A DNA stretch of 64,000 nucleotides from a virus, in IMG/VR virus record IMGVR_UViG_3300045988_095445. One strand, 5' to 3'. Both the position numbers and the translations under genes were made by a program. Each line of letters starts with the position of its first letter. Position 1 is the first letter of the stretch. This document shows positions 49,820 through 61,351 of this stretch, piece by piece. A model generated the notes under the pieces. It saw only the letters and a list, made by a program, of their open reading frames with translations, searched no databases and was not told the origin of the DNA.

Positions 49820-50382
49820 TTAGATGTGCTTCCGAATCCACCAAGTCTTTCTCCAGTTGCATTATCGTCATCAGTAATTTGATAACTCTTAATAATTCCT
49901 TGTCCAATTTTATCTCCACGCTTTAACTGAATAGCAAAAGGAGATAAATTAACAAGCTGGAAAAAGATCTCTCCTTCATTATCTGGATTATCACAATAAT
50001 CGGCATCAATAATACCAACGCTATTTCCGCAAATAATCCAATGTTTAAGAGGAGTGGAACTACGAACACTTAATTCAAGATATTGACCAGGATTTAAATG
50101 ACATTTCATTCCTGTTGATACAAGAGTAATCTTAGACTTTAATTCTTTAGTAAGATTAGCCATATCATCAAGAGTAAAAGGGCTCACAAATCCATAAAAA
50201 TCCTTGTCACTATCTTTTTCAAAAATATGGTCTTGAATTTTAGAAGTTAAAAAATTCATTGGAGGTAGAACTGTATCCTCTGCGACTACGAAATCATAAC
50301 CTGCGGAATTGGCGGTTGCGCGGGTTGGAATAGGTAGATCAATGTCACTAAAGCGACTTACTTTCTCAAAATATACACTCAT
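49816..50382 (-). CDS. dut: dUTP diphosphatase (trimeric dUTPase)
   Basis: This is ORF 49816..50475 with an internal start at MSVYFEK. Motifs AGYDF, GIIDADY, RGDKIGQ and RLGGFGSTS are present. Confidence 0.8.
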   Translation of the reverse strand: MSVYFEKVSRFSDIDLPIPTRATANSAGYDFVVAEDTVLPPMNFLTSKIQDHIFEKDSDKDFYGFVSPFTLDDMANLTKELKSKITLVSTGMKCHLNPGQYLELSVRSSTPLKHWIICGNSVGIIDADYCDNPDNEGEIFFQLVNLSPFAIQLKRGDKIGQGIIKSYQITDDDNATGERLGGFGSTSK

Positions 50383-50383
50383 A

Positions 50384-50629
50384 TTATTCCTCCGTAATGG
50401 TAATTGGCATAATGCCTTCTGGTTCTTTCTCGTTGTCAATAGTAATAGTAGCGGTGACGAGTTGATACTCTTCAACTATTTCACCTTTTTGCTTAATATA
50501 TTTAGTAGTGTATTTAAATGAAGTTAATTCTCCTACCGAGGTTTTTTCTAACCATTTGCGCAATCTAAGAGCATCTTCTACAGTAGGCACCCTATAAGTA
50601 TTTGTAGACTTTAAATTATAAAACATATT
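50384..50629 (-). CDS. hypothetical protein
   Basis: Track ORF 50384..50683, trimmed to the internal Met so as not to overlap the upstream gene. Confidence 0.35.
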   Translation of the reverse strand, partial: NMFYNLKSTNTYRVPTVEDALRLRKWLEKTSVGELTSFKYTTKYIKQKGEIVEEYQLVTATITIDNEKEPEGIMPITITEE

Positions 50630-50894
50630 AAATTCCCTCAACTGTAATTTTACTATTTGAATACATATTTTTTTCCAAATCATTTACAAGTTTATTGATT
50701 TCTCCTGTTATTGCAAAAGGAGCATGAACTTGTATACTATATATTCCGTTTCCATAAGCAATTCCTACAAGGGCTTCAGCTAATCCATTAATATCAGAGC
50801 ATACTTTCATTTGTTTTTGTAGTCCATCATCAACAACATATACAGCAGATTCCATAGCAAATGGATCATAATTTACAATAATAGCATTTGTCAT
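50628..50894 (-). CDS. hypothetical protein
   Basis: Intact ORF from the track. Confidence 0.4.
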   Translation of the reverse strand: MTNAIIVNYDPFAMESAVYVVDDGLQKQMKVCSDINGLAEALVGIAYGNGIYSIQVHAPFAITGEINKLVNDLEKNMYSNSKITVEGI

Positions 50895-50896
50895 AC

Positions 50897-51235
50897 CTAT
50901 ATCACCCCTTTTGTATAATCAAAGAACGCATACATATCACATTTCTCTCCATGTAAAATCCAAATTTCTACAATATTTCCATTTATCTCTATTGCCTTGA
51001 TTTCTCCAAGTGTCTTAGAAACAGAAATAATCTCGCTTGCCATTTTATTTTTATTTACATCGTTTTCATAGGTAAATAAAGTAAAATATTTATTATCGTG
51101 ATTAAGCATCATATAATATCTAGAATTATTGGAATCTAAGAATGTGATAATATTTCTTTTAGCTTTCTCTAATTCAGCCTTTGTCATTTTTGGAAGGGAG
51201 GCATATCCCGCTTGATTTAGCTCGTATAAAGTCAT
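50897..51235 (-). CDS. hypothetical protein
   Basis: Intact ORF from the track. Confidence 0.4.
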   Translation of the reverse strand: MTLYELNQAGYASLPKMTKAELEKAKRNIITFLDSNNSRYYMMLNHDNKYFTLFTYENDVNKNKMASEIISVSKTLGEIKAIEINGNIVEIWILHGEKCDMYAFFDYTKGVI

Positions 51236-51271
51236 ATCTAGTCCTCCATTTCTTTTAATATAATATCATAA

Positions 51272-51814
51272 TTATTTTATTCTGTCAACAATAATTGCAC
51301 CAATAGCATTGCCTATTGTAACTACTATTAAAAATAATATTACATCAATAGAAAGCACACCTGCGGCCAAAGTGTAACAAAGATCTGCAATACAGTGTTC
51401 TCCGCCGAATAATATAAAACCTGTTACGCAGACTGGCACCATATAATCTTTATTTCTTTTAAACGAGGATACTGCCGAATATATAAATATACCACAAACC
51501 ATCCCCTTTAAGAAAACTAAATATAGTGGGATTGCGATCTTAGCAGAGACTAGAGATAGAGCGGCTGCGTGCGGAAAGGCTAAGATCCCGCACGCTCCAA
51601 TAATATTTCCTATTAAAATAATAAGATTATCTTTTATATCATCTTTGCTCTTGATATAACCAACCGAACCCGTAAATAATTTAAACTACATATTTAATAT
51701 AGTTAGTAGGCCAATGGAAAACATAATAGCTCCAACTATACCTCCAACAGATAAGTAGATATAGCTAGCTATTGCTATCATTATTCCTCCAAAAATACTT
51801 TTTATAAAGTTCAT
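51272..51814 (-). CDS. FNT (formate/nitrite transporter)-family channel-like protein, short form
   Basis: ORF 51272..51502 extends upstream through one TAG to an ATG overlapping the NrdG stop, giving 180 aa. FocA-like motifs present are KLFTGS, LIGNIIGA, FGGEHCIAD and VVTIGNAIGAII. Confidence 0.5.
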
Positions 51815-52284
51815 TTTAGGTAGATTATTTTTTGATTACGACTCCCTCTAAGCGGTTCCGTAATATCTCTTTCATGTTCAATATACGGCCCATCAATTAG
51901 CACATCAACTAATTGAAGTATATTCTAAATAACTGTATCTGTTGAATTTTTTAAATTTTCATATAAATATCCAGTCCATAAATAAACTTTTAAATCAGGA
52001 ATTGTTTCTTTTGCGGTTTGTATTACTAGATGGGTTAGAAATGTATTTTCTGGACATAGTGGCTCGCCACCCATAACGCATAAAGTTCTTTTAACTCCAT
52101 TCGCAGTGAGTCCTTCTAAGATTGAATTAAGAATTTCATGAGTAAATTCTTTTCCACCATCAAAATCCCAAGTCTCTTGATTATGACACCCTTTACATTT
52201 ATGGGGGCATCCTTGAGTAAAGAAACTCAAGGATACTCCAGGAGCAGCGGCGAAATCATTCTTTATAATACCTGCGTATTTCAT
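51811..52284 (-). CDS. nrdG: anaerobic ribonucleotide reductase activating protein (radical SAM)
   Basis: ORF 51925..52284 has the CPHKCKGC cluster. Reading through the TAG at 51925-51927 adds the conserved C-terminal ...LVDVLIDGPYIEHERDITEPLRGSRNQKII motif. Confidence 0.8.
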
Positions 52285-54533
52285 TCCATATACCCCACGT
52301 GTTTAACTCTATTATTTACTTCATCTTGTTTTCCTTTATTAAAAGCAGTCTTATAGTTGCCAGTTAAATAACCCGTTACCCTTCTTAACTGCTGAATCTC
52401 CTTACTACCACATTGAGGACATTTATCATTAAATTCGCCAGTATATCCACAATTCAGACAGGTGTCACATGGAACATTTATTGCAAAGTATGGAATATCT
52501 TTGTCCATAGCATAATTTACTAATGTTTCCATAGCATCAATATTCTTCTCCATACCAGTATCCAGTTCAACATAAGTAATACAACCAGCAGAAGAATATC
52601 CAGTTAATTGACTTTCAATATCAATTTTATCAAATGGAGAGATTTGATGCCATACTGGTACGTGCATAGAGTTAGTAAAGAATTCTCTATCGCTTACATT
52701 AGGAATAATACCATACTTATCACGGAATTTTTTAAGAGAGGTATAGCAAAGATTCTCGGCTGGAGTATAATATACTCCAAAATTAAGCCTATATTTTTCT
52801 TTATACTCTGCGCATCTATCTTTGAATAACTGCTCTATTCTTTTTGCTAATTTCATACCCTCTGGTTCGGTATGGTCACACCCAATAAGAATTTGTAAAG
52901 TTTCTGCTAATCCAATTTGTCCAAGACTCAACGTACCATGTTGTAAAGCGCTTCGAGTAGAAATTCCATCATATCCAGCCATTAAGCCATTCTCATACAT
53001 GAATTTTGCTGAATCCGCAGGTTGCGCGCAAATGTATTCAAATCTTTCAAGAAGCATATCTTTTGCTTCTTCAATTTTAATATTTAAAAGTTTCATAAAT
53101 CTTTCAATACCAATTTGGGTTCTTTCTTCTTGAGACAAATTTTTAATTTCATTCCAATTATCATTGTTATCTAAAGTGACAGCTTCCATAGCTATTGTTG
53201 GCATTATAATAGTAACAGGACAAATATTTCCTCTACCATCTTTCTATTGCTTTAAGCCATTAATATCAAACCCGTTAGCAGTTCTACATCCCATTGTAGA
53301 GAAATATGTACTTGGATCATTTACATCATAACCAGCATTACCAGACCAATCTACATTAGCATAGTTAGGATATAATCTAGTAGCGGTAGACTTTAATGCC
53401 AATCTAAACAAATCATAATTGGGGTCTCCCGGTTTTCTGTTTACGCCTTTCATACACTGGAAAATTCCACAAGGGAAAATTGAAGTTTTATGAAGTCTGC
53501 CAAGTCCTTCAATAGAAACTTCAAGAAGAGCTTTAGTCACCATTCTTCCTTCTGGAAGAGTACAAGTTCCATAATTAATAGAAGTAAATGGAAGTTGATT
53601 ACCAGAACGAGATTGAAGAGTATTTAGATTATGATACATACCCTCAACCGCTTGATGAACTTCTTTTTCTGTCATGGCAATAGCATATGAATATGCGTTT
53701 TTAAATTCCTTATAAATAGAATCTTCAATGGATAATTGATTACTTAATCTATCATCCATGCTAATGACTTGTTCAACATATGTTAATCCATCTATATAAT
53801 GTTTATAGAAACTCTTTCGTACATATGGAACCATAGTCCAATCTAAGTGAGTAGCAGATACTCCACCAAATTGTTGTAAACTTTGTAGTTGGAAAATAAC
53901 TGCAACGAGTTGGAAAGCGGTATTTACAGAACCAGCTGGGCGTACATCAGTTTGTCTAGTATTAAATCCTTTTGCAAGTAAATCATCGAAAGGAATAGAA
54001 AGACAGTTGTGCATACCTACGGCATAAGCATTTAAATCATGAATGTAAATCTCATTATTTTCATGATTAGCTCTAGATTTACTAGAAACTAAGTAATCAA
54101 GAGCATATTTTTTCATCTGTAAATCTGAGGCTGCCCCAACTCGTCCACCAAATGACATTTCATCGACGTTTGCATTTTGATTTTCAATATCAGAACCTTG
54201 CAATTTTGCAGAAAAGGCTTTAATAAAATCATCCTATCCATTTCTTGCAATTTCTCTTTTATATCTATATCTAATATATTCTTTAGCTACATCTCTACGT
54301 TCAGATTTCATAAGATAATCTTCAACCATATCCTGAATTTTTTCGACAGAAATTATATCATCAGAAGTCTTTGCTGTATATTTAATTTCATCTGCAATAT
54401 CTTCCGCAGTATCGTTTTCATATAATTTTCCATCTACCTCTATAAATGCCTTATTTATGGCATTAATAATACGCTCTTTATCAAAAGGTACTAAAATACC
54501 ACTTCTCTTTCTTACTTGAAGCATATATAACAA
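52281..54533 (-). CDS. nrdD: anaerobic ribonucleoside-triphosphate reductase (class III)
   Basis: The ATP-cone ORF (54234..54533), core ORF (53244..54203) and C-terminal ORF (52281..53204) are all in one frame. They are joined by TAGs at 54234-36 and 53244-46. The C-terminal Zn-ribbon CxxC..CxxC and glycyl-radical region RRVTGYLTG are present. Confidence 0.85.
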
Positions 54534-54590
54534 CTCCTTGTATAAAATTTTTAGTTGAACACTATATATTGTGATTTAAGATATAATTGT

Positions 54591-55163
54591 TTAATAAAAT
54601 TGTCCAAATATAGTATCAACGGCGACATCAATATCTTCTAAGGTGTCGTTTTTAAGAGTTTTATATTTTATATCATCAAGGAAATAAAAGTCCTCCGCAT
54701 CTGCTTTGTATCTTCTAATAATTTCATTTACGTCAGGATTTTCTTCTCTATTTAACTATCTTAATAATCTCTATTTACCTGCGGCCCGCACATAAAATAC
54801 ATAAAGCTCAATATTGTCATCTTCTTGTAGACATCTTACTCCTTCAGGGTTAAAGACCCCTATATTTATTTTGTCTATTGTTAGACTTTCTCTATCTGTA
54901 CCATAATGCCAATCATTAAATTCTGTTGCTTCTAGCATATCTCCATTAAGAACTTTTTTTGTAAATTCATCAATAGATAGAAAATAATAATTAACTCCTT
55001 CTTTTTCTCCTTCTCGCGGAGGGCGTGTAGTACAACTGATAATTTCATTGAAATAAGAAGGATATTTCTCCATAATACTATGGAGAATAGTATCCTTCCC
55101 ACTTCCTGCTTCACCCATTAACGCTACTATCTTCATCCTTTTCTTCTCCTTGTTTTCTTTCAC
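54591..55163 (-). CDS. gmk: guanylate kinase
   Basis: P-loop GEAGSGKDT and the TTRPPREGE motif are present. The frame continues through TAGs at 54771-73 and 54756-58 to TAA at 54591-93, adding a typical C-terminal helix (KNDTLEDIDVAVDTI). The start is possibly at an internal MKIVAL. Confidence 0.75.
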
Positions 55164-58100
55164 TTCTTAAAATTAAGTCTGTACCATTGACAATTTCATC
55201 AATGTGATAAAGTTGATGACCTCCAGAACTTGCATATTTCTTTGTTACAAATTCATCTCCGCGTCTAATTCCCTGAACAACAATCATATTACCTCTATTA
55301 AACCATGATTTTTCTATGACCTTTTTTGTGCCATCTTTGTTTCTTTGGAAAGTTTGCTTATCAAACAACGCGAAGTATTCTTGTCTAAACTTAACTGCTA
55401 CAATTCCAGTAGCGGTAAGAAGATATACCGTGCTTTTTACTTTATTTTTTGCAATACAAGTTCCGCAAATCTTATACAGCTTATAGATAGGAATTAATGA
55501 AGCACCTTTTTTAAATACCTTATCTACTTGAGGTTCTTCTGGTAAACTAAAGAAGTCTACAAAACCATACTTACTATTGTTGATATTGGATAATTCATGG
55601 CCATGATAATAAAAGCACAAAGATTCCATTTCCCAAGAAGAAATATTACCAGAAGCATATTTCTTCCAATCTTCCATAAAGATTGCAGTATTTAAATCAT
55701 CTAAAATCTTTTCTTTGTTTTCTGCAATCCATGCTCTAAATACATCCATGTAACTTTGATAAACTTTATCCCAAGATTTTATATCAATATACCAAATTAA
55801 ATTATCTGTTTCAAGCAGCTTCTCACAATCAATTTCAACTAAGAAGGTTATTGCTCTTTCATCTAGCTTATACTTATCTGCATTATACTAGTCTTTACAT
55901 TCTGCTTTTAAATATCTATTAAACTCATAAACTCTTTTTGGCATTATAAATCTTTCTTCATCAGGAATGAGATTATATCTCATTAATCCAGGCAGATTTT
56001 GTAAAGTAATCCTTTTTTTCTTGTCACAGGTAATCCATATATACTGAATCATCGCTTCCATTCTAGGATGGAATTGATCAAATCCTCCGCCCTTAATTAA
56101 GGAAATCATTGCTTGTTTATTTGGATGTACTTTATTAAGGAAGTCAATTAAAGATACATAGGGGCGATTATCAACAATAGTTTTAATTAAATCATTGTTT
56201 ACGTTAGATAACCCTTTTAAACCAAACAAGATTTGATTATGTTCAACATCTGGTTTAAAACCAAAATCAGAATAGTTAATGTCAACCAAAGACACTTTTA
56301 TACCAGCATTACGAATTTCTCCAATGGCTTTAGCAATCTTGGTATAATCTGATTGTTCTCCTTCTTCTTCATTAATGGCACCGCTATTGACGATAAGATA
56401 TGCTGTATTCCAATATACTGGGTTAAAATGGGTAGCAAGATAGAGAGTTTGCATACCAATAAAGCTATAAGCAAGAGCATGGATAATGGAGAAACTATAG
56501 CCCATTTGCGGGCCGATGCCATAATTCCATACATATTGTCCTAATGCTGGAGACTTTGCAGAATTTAAAACTTTTTCTCTTAATTCTGGAATTTTGTTCA
56601 TTTGTTTCTTACCAACTATTTTTCTTGCAGTATTAGCTTCAGCTAACGTAAATCCGCAAATATTTGGGTCTTGAAGCATAGTCATCATTTGTTCTTGGCT
56701 GGGAGGCACACCATAAGAACGTAAGAAATGAGGTTCAAGAATTTTTTGTTCTTCTTTTGTTAAACCCTGCTGATCCATTTCTTTATACCAAAGAGAAATA
56801 TTATTTTTAAAACGAACATACTTCTCCATTGGAGTTTCTGCACCCTTTTCCGCAGTCATTAGTCTCATCAATCCATTAGCGTCCGCCATTTCGTGCGGAT
56901 TTTGAGGCTTAATCTTTTTTGCTGCTTGAGCGCCAACACTAGAATCAAATTGGAAACAGCCAAGAACATCTCCATTGGCAAGAGCATCCCACATTTTTTT
57001 ATCGTCTTGCGGGAGGACAGATGGATGAAGGTATTTATTATAGACTTCACGCAATGTTAAATCTTTTTCAATAGCGCCATCTTTTTGCAATAGCTCAATA
57101 GTTTGAATAATAATATCCTGTACTGCTGTAAGCAAGAAATCGTACTTGACAGATCCAGCGGCTTCTTGATCATGAAGATCCCATTGAGTAATTAATGCTC
57201 CTTTTGGAGTTCTCATTACCGCGGCTGTATCAAAAATATTTTGATCAAATAAGATTACCCCAGAAGCGTGACTCGAACGTTTATTTACTAGTCCTTGAAT
57301 TCTAGTAATAATATCTAGTAATCCAGGATACTGATTCACAGTATTCACAAAAACTGAAACAGATTTGCGACCTTTTTCTGGATTACCATTAACCACATCC
57401 TCAATGGGCCATAGAAAACCTCTTTCTTGTGGAATAAGAGAACTCATATATTGAGCCATATCTACATCAATCCCGTCAGGATAATCTTCTGAACGATAGC
57501 CTCGACAGGCTGTTAAAATCGCAGATTTAGTTCCTTCTGTGCCAAAAGTACAAACTTGTACTAAGCCAAGTTCTCCTCGTTCTTTTCTAATCTCCGCGAA
57601 AATCTTTTGAATCTTTGATGGTGCCAAATCTAGGTCAATATCACCAAGTTCAGTTCTTTCATCGTTAATATAGCGCCAGAAAGGAAGATCCCATTCAATC
57701 GGATCTAGTTGAGTGATTCCAAGAAGATAATGGTTCAAAGCAGCACAAGCTGATCCTCGCCCCGCGCCTACGGTACTTCCGCAATTCCAGAACAAATCTA
57801 CATAGTGTTTTAGAGTATTTGGATATGCGAACATACAAGTTCCTAGTTTTTCTCCAATCACTCTCTTTACTCTTGCTTCTTCTTCTAATCTTTCAAGATA
57901 TCTAGGATCATTAAATAAACCTTTTTTCTGCAAAGCAATAATACATTCATTTACCCAATATCTTTCTTGAATATTATCGCTCCAAATCAAACTAGATAGA
58001 ACAGGATATTTATCTTCCCACTGATATGGTACAAACCCTTTTTTATAATCTGTTACTTCTACTTCTGGAATTGATTGATGACGTTCAAGAGAATAAAATT

Positions 58101-58992
58101 CAATTTTATCTTTCATTTCGTTTGAGCATTTAAAAATCCAATCAATTATGCCTTCGTCATAGCTCAATCTAAGAAGTTCTCTAGTTTCTTGTTCATCCAT
58201 CAAATGAGTAAACTCATAGAAACTATCAACCTCTCGTTCTCCACCTTTAGAATTAAGATACGCTTTATGAACATATCTATCTTCTTTTGTTAAGTAATGC
58301 GCATCTGTTCCAATACACATATTTATATTAAAAGCCTCAGAGATACTTAACATTCTTTTATTTGCGATAATTTGATCTGGATAAGAAGCGGGAGCACATT
58401 CAATGTAAAAATCATCTTTACCAAATACATCAATGCAGAATGTCATAAAATCAACAATTTGATTATGGTATCTCTGTGCGTTAATTTCATCTTTAATCTC
58501 TTCACAATTATGAAGATTTAAAATGGAACTACCAAGTTCTCCACCAATACAAGCAGTAGTCCCAATAATATGACCCTTAAATCTCTGCATTACATCTTTA
58601 AGCTCAGATTTAAGCAAAGGAACGCGTTCCATTCTACGGTCATAATATCCATTCATCCAAGCAATAGAGGACAACTCCTTTAGTCCTCTATATCCTTCTT
58701 TATCTTTTGCGATTAGGATAAAGTGATAATACTTTTGTCCTAAATCTCTTGTATCAGTTAAATAAATCTCATTTCCTAATGCAATCGTAAAATCGGGATT
58801 TTGCTCCCTAATTTTCTTTGCATATTTATTTACTCTCATATGCGCCGAAAGGCTTTCGTGGTCTGTGATAGCAATTCCCGTCAATCCGACTTCAATAGCT
58901 TTATCAATCAGTGCCTCAGGTTTATTTATACAATCTAGCAAACGCAAGTTACTAAACTCCGTATGCGCATGATTGTTAAAGTACATACCCAT
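55111..58992 (-). CDS. dnaE: DNA polymerase III alpha subunit, DnaE-type (N-terminal PHP domain)
   Basis: ORF 55888..58992 (PHP HAHTEFS...DHESL, polymerase core) and ORF 55111..55749 are in frame, joined through a TAG at 55888-90 with 46 sense codons between. Total is about 1293 aa. Confidence 0.8.
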
Positions 58993-59035
58993 AATTATAC
59001 CTCTCTTATTTTCTTTATACTTACATTATAGCATA

Positions 59036-60232
59036 TTAATTCTTTAATATCAATGTAAGTTTTTCAATGGCCCTTGTAACTGTAGTATATATCCATCTAG
59101 CGTGTTCAATTTTATCAAATGGAAATGATTCTTCTAATACTAAAACCTTATCCCATTGTGAACCTTGCGCTCTATGTCCAGTAATTGCATAACCAAAATT
59201 AAACTCAATAGGAAGATCTGGATTTTCTTTATTTCTCCTAATTAAATATTCTTGTTGAGGAGTAAAAAACTTTTCTCCAGTAGTTAAAGCGGTATAGTCA
59301 ATACCAACTTCTCTATATGTATCATTTGTTGTTTCAATATCTGCAAATAAAACAGGAGCAGACACTAACTTTCCAGCGAGGATATAATCAATAGATTCCA
59401 TTCTTTTAGTTTTAATATATCCAACAGAGCCATTTATGAGTGGATTTTCATGTTTTTCAGAGCAAGTATCCCAACAGTTCCTCAAACAAATAATCTTATC
59501 ATCTATTTCTGGCTCAAATCCTCTACCTAAATCATCTCTAATATAAGAATTAATATCATGCCTACTTTTATTGGTAGATACAAGAATCTAGTCTGCCCAA
59601 AAATACATTCCATCGCACAGATCATTTTTCTTAAAAACTTGAGCGTCATGACCGCTAAAAGGAGATAATCTCTTTCCTTCTCTAATATCCATGCTAAGGC
59701 AAATAATATCACTTTCTTTTGCTTGACGCATTACTTCATCAAGAAAAATATGCGGATTATCCAAAATATGATTATCTTGTTTCTTATCTATTGGAGGAAT
59801 CTGAAAAGGATCTCCGCAAGCTATTACATAGATATTATGACTTAAAAGCAAATCCCACATATCTTTAGGAAGCATACTTACTTCATCTACAACAATTACT
59901 CTATAAGGCTTTTCAAGAACAGTCCTTGGTTTATAGAAAAATTTACCATTTGGCATTTGCTTACTATAATATAACAATTTATGCGCGGTCATAGCATTAT
60001 GGCAACCTTTTTCTCGCAATACCTCTGAGGCTTTTCCTGTAAAAGTAATATATGCAACTTCTTCTTCTGGATCTACCTCAAGAGCTGCTATAATAAAATT
60101 AATCAAGGTACTTTTTCCAGTACCTGCGTAACCCGCTATTACAGTATAGGGCTCGTTGTGATTATATCTATCTATTGCAATGCGCAATCCTTCCTCTTGT
60201 TTACGAGTTAATTCCATTTTTCCAAACCTCAT
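59036..60232 (-). CDS. SF1B helicase (RecD/Dda-like)
   Basis: The N-terminal ORF has Walker A GYAGTGKST and Walker B VVDEVSM. The C-terminal ORF has GHRAQGSQWDKV. They are joined in frame through a TAG at 59588-90. The linker encodes the DKIICLRN motif. Confidence 0.75.
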
Positions 60233-60461
60233 AACTAATATTTTCTTGAACTCTATAACCCTTTTTCCTTAAATAATCAGCAAATTCATCAGAAGTCATC
60301 CAATTAAAAACATATCCTTCAAAAATAGGATGATCTTCTAAAAATGCACCATAATCATCTTCTATTCTATCCATAATATCGTGTATATCCATATAACCTA
60401 TTATATACTTATCTATTTGAATAGAATCTAAAAATTTTATAGTTTGTTTTAATTCTTCCAT
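60201..60461 (-). CDS. hypothetical protein
   Basis: Intact ORF from the track. Confidence 0.4.
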   Translation of the reverse strand: MEELKQTIKFLDSIQIDKYIIGYMDIHDIMDRIEDDYGAFLEDHPIFEGYVFNWMTSDEFADYLRKKGYRVQENISYEVWKNGINS

Positions 60462-60544
60462 ATTTTACCTCAAAAAATAGTAAAACCAATTTTAGTTTCT
60501 GCGGACGGTCGTCTAGGTTCCGGCCAGCCCGCAGATATTTTATT

Positions 60545-61312
60545 TTAACTTACAAAATAATTATATGCGATTATCGCATTATTTTGTCGTACTGTATAAC
60601 TTCCAGAACCGCATCTTTCATAGCATTTCGCGAACGCTAAAGCAGCATCAGTTATACTTGTCATATTTAGAAAATCTTCGTAATCAAACCCTCTCTTATA
60701 GGCATGACCGAATGTATTAAACTCATATTCAATAGTATTTTCCAAATAATTGCATTGCTCTTCTAATGAGGCTCCCCAAACCTCAGAATACGCCTTATTC
60801 CATTGACACATTCCATAATATGAAGAATTACCTAATTCATATTGAATGTTCAAGGTATTACCACCAACTTCAGTCATTATATTACCAAGTATTCCAGCAC
60901 AAACTTGATTATTATAACCTAGGTCTTTGAAATAGCTCCATATATATGTTGCTACCGGGTACTCTTTCTCCTTTTGATGCCAGTGTTCCATGAGGTTATC
61001 ATATACGTTTTGATAGGATTGTCTTAATTCATTAGCTTTATCATATTCATTTACGGCTAACTCAATAACATCATGGTTTTCAGAATAACCTAATTGCCTA
61101 GCGGCATCAGCCATTTGATGTGCGGCATTCATGTTAGAAATTTGTTCCGCAATAAGCTCAATCAATGTATCTAAATCATTATAGGTATAACTTGTATTGC
61201 TGTTATACTGAACTGAATATGCTGATGCAACAGAAATAAATGGGCTATTGCAACTACACATTATAGATAATAAAATGATTAAACTTAGTATAATACTCAT
61301 AAAACGTCTCAT
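60545..61312 (-). CDS. secreted/lipoprotein-like peptidoglycan hydrolase candidate (lytic-transglycosylase/phage-lysozyme-like)
   Basis: ORF 60545..61348 trimmed to the ATG with SD AAAGGAGGAAACAATCACA. The signal peptide is MRRFMSIILSLIILLSIMCSC. Motif TEVGGN...YYGMCQWN resembles the catalytic Glu and GLMQ-type motifs of SLT/phage tail lysozyme domains. Confidence 0.4.
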   Translation of the reverse strand: MRRFMSIILSLIILLSIMCSCNSPFISVASAYSVQYNSNTSYTYNDLDTLIELIAEQISNMNAAHQMADAARQLGYSENHDVIELAVNEYDKANELRQSYQNVYDNLMEHWHQKEKEYPVATYIWSYFKDLGYNNQVCAGILGNIMTEVGGNTLNIQYELGNSSYYGMCQWNKAYSEVWGASLEEQCNYLENTIEYEFNTFGHAYKRGFDYEDFLNMTSITDAALAFAKCYERCGSGSYTVRQNNAIIAYNYFVS

Positions 61313-61351
61313 TGTGATTGTTTCCTCCTTTAGTAAGAGGTTGCGCAATCA

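Noticed and set aside
52281-53204. Apparent Cys-to-Thr change in the NrdD glycyl-radical motif (RRVTGYLTG)
   Set aside because: I cannot judge by eye whether this departs from the family consensus. The motif context and the downstream Zn ribbon look intact, so it is not reported as a finding without an alignment.
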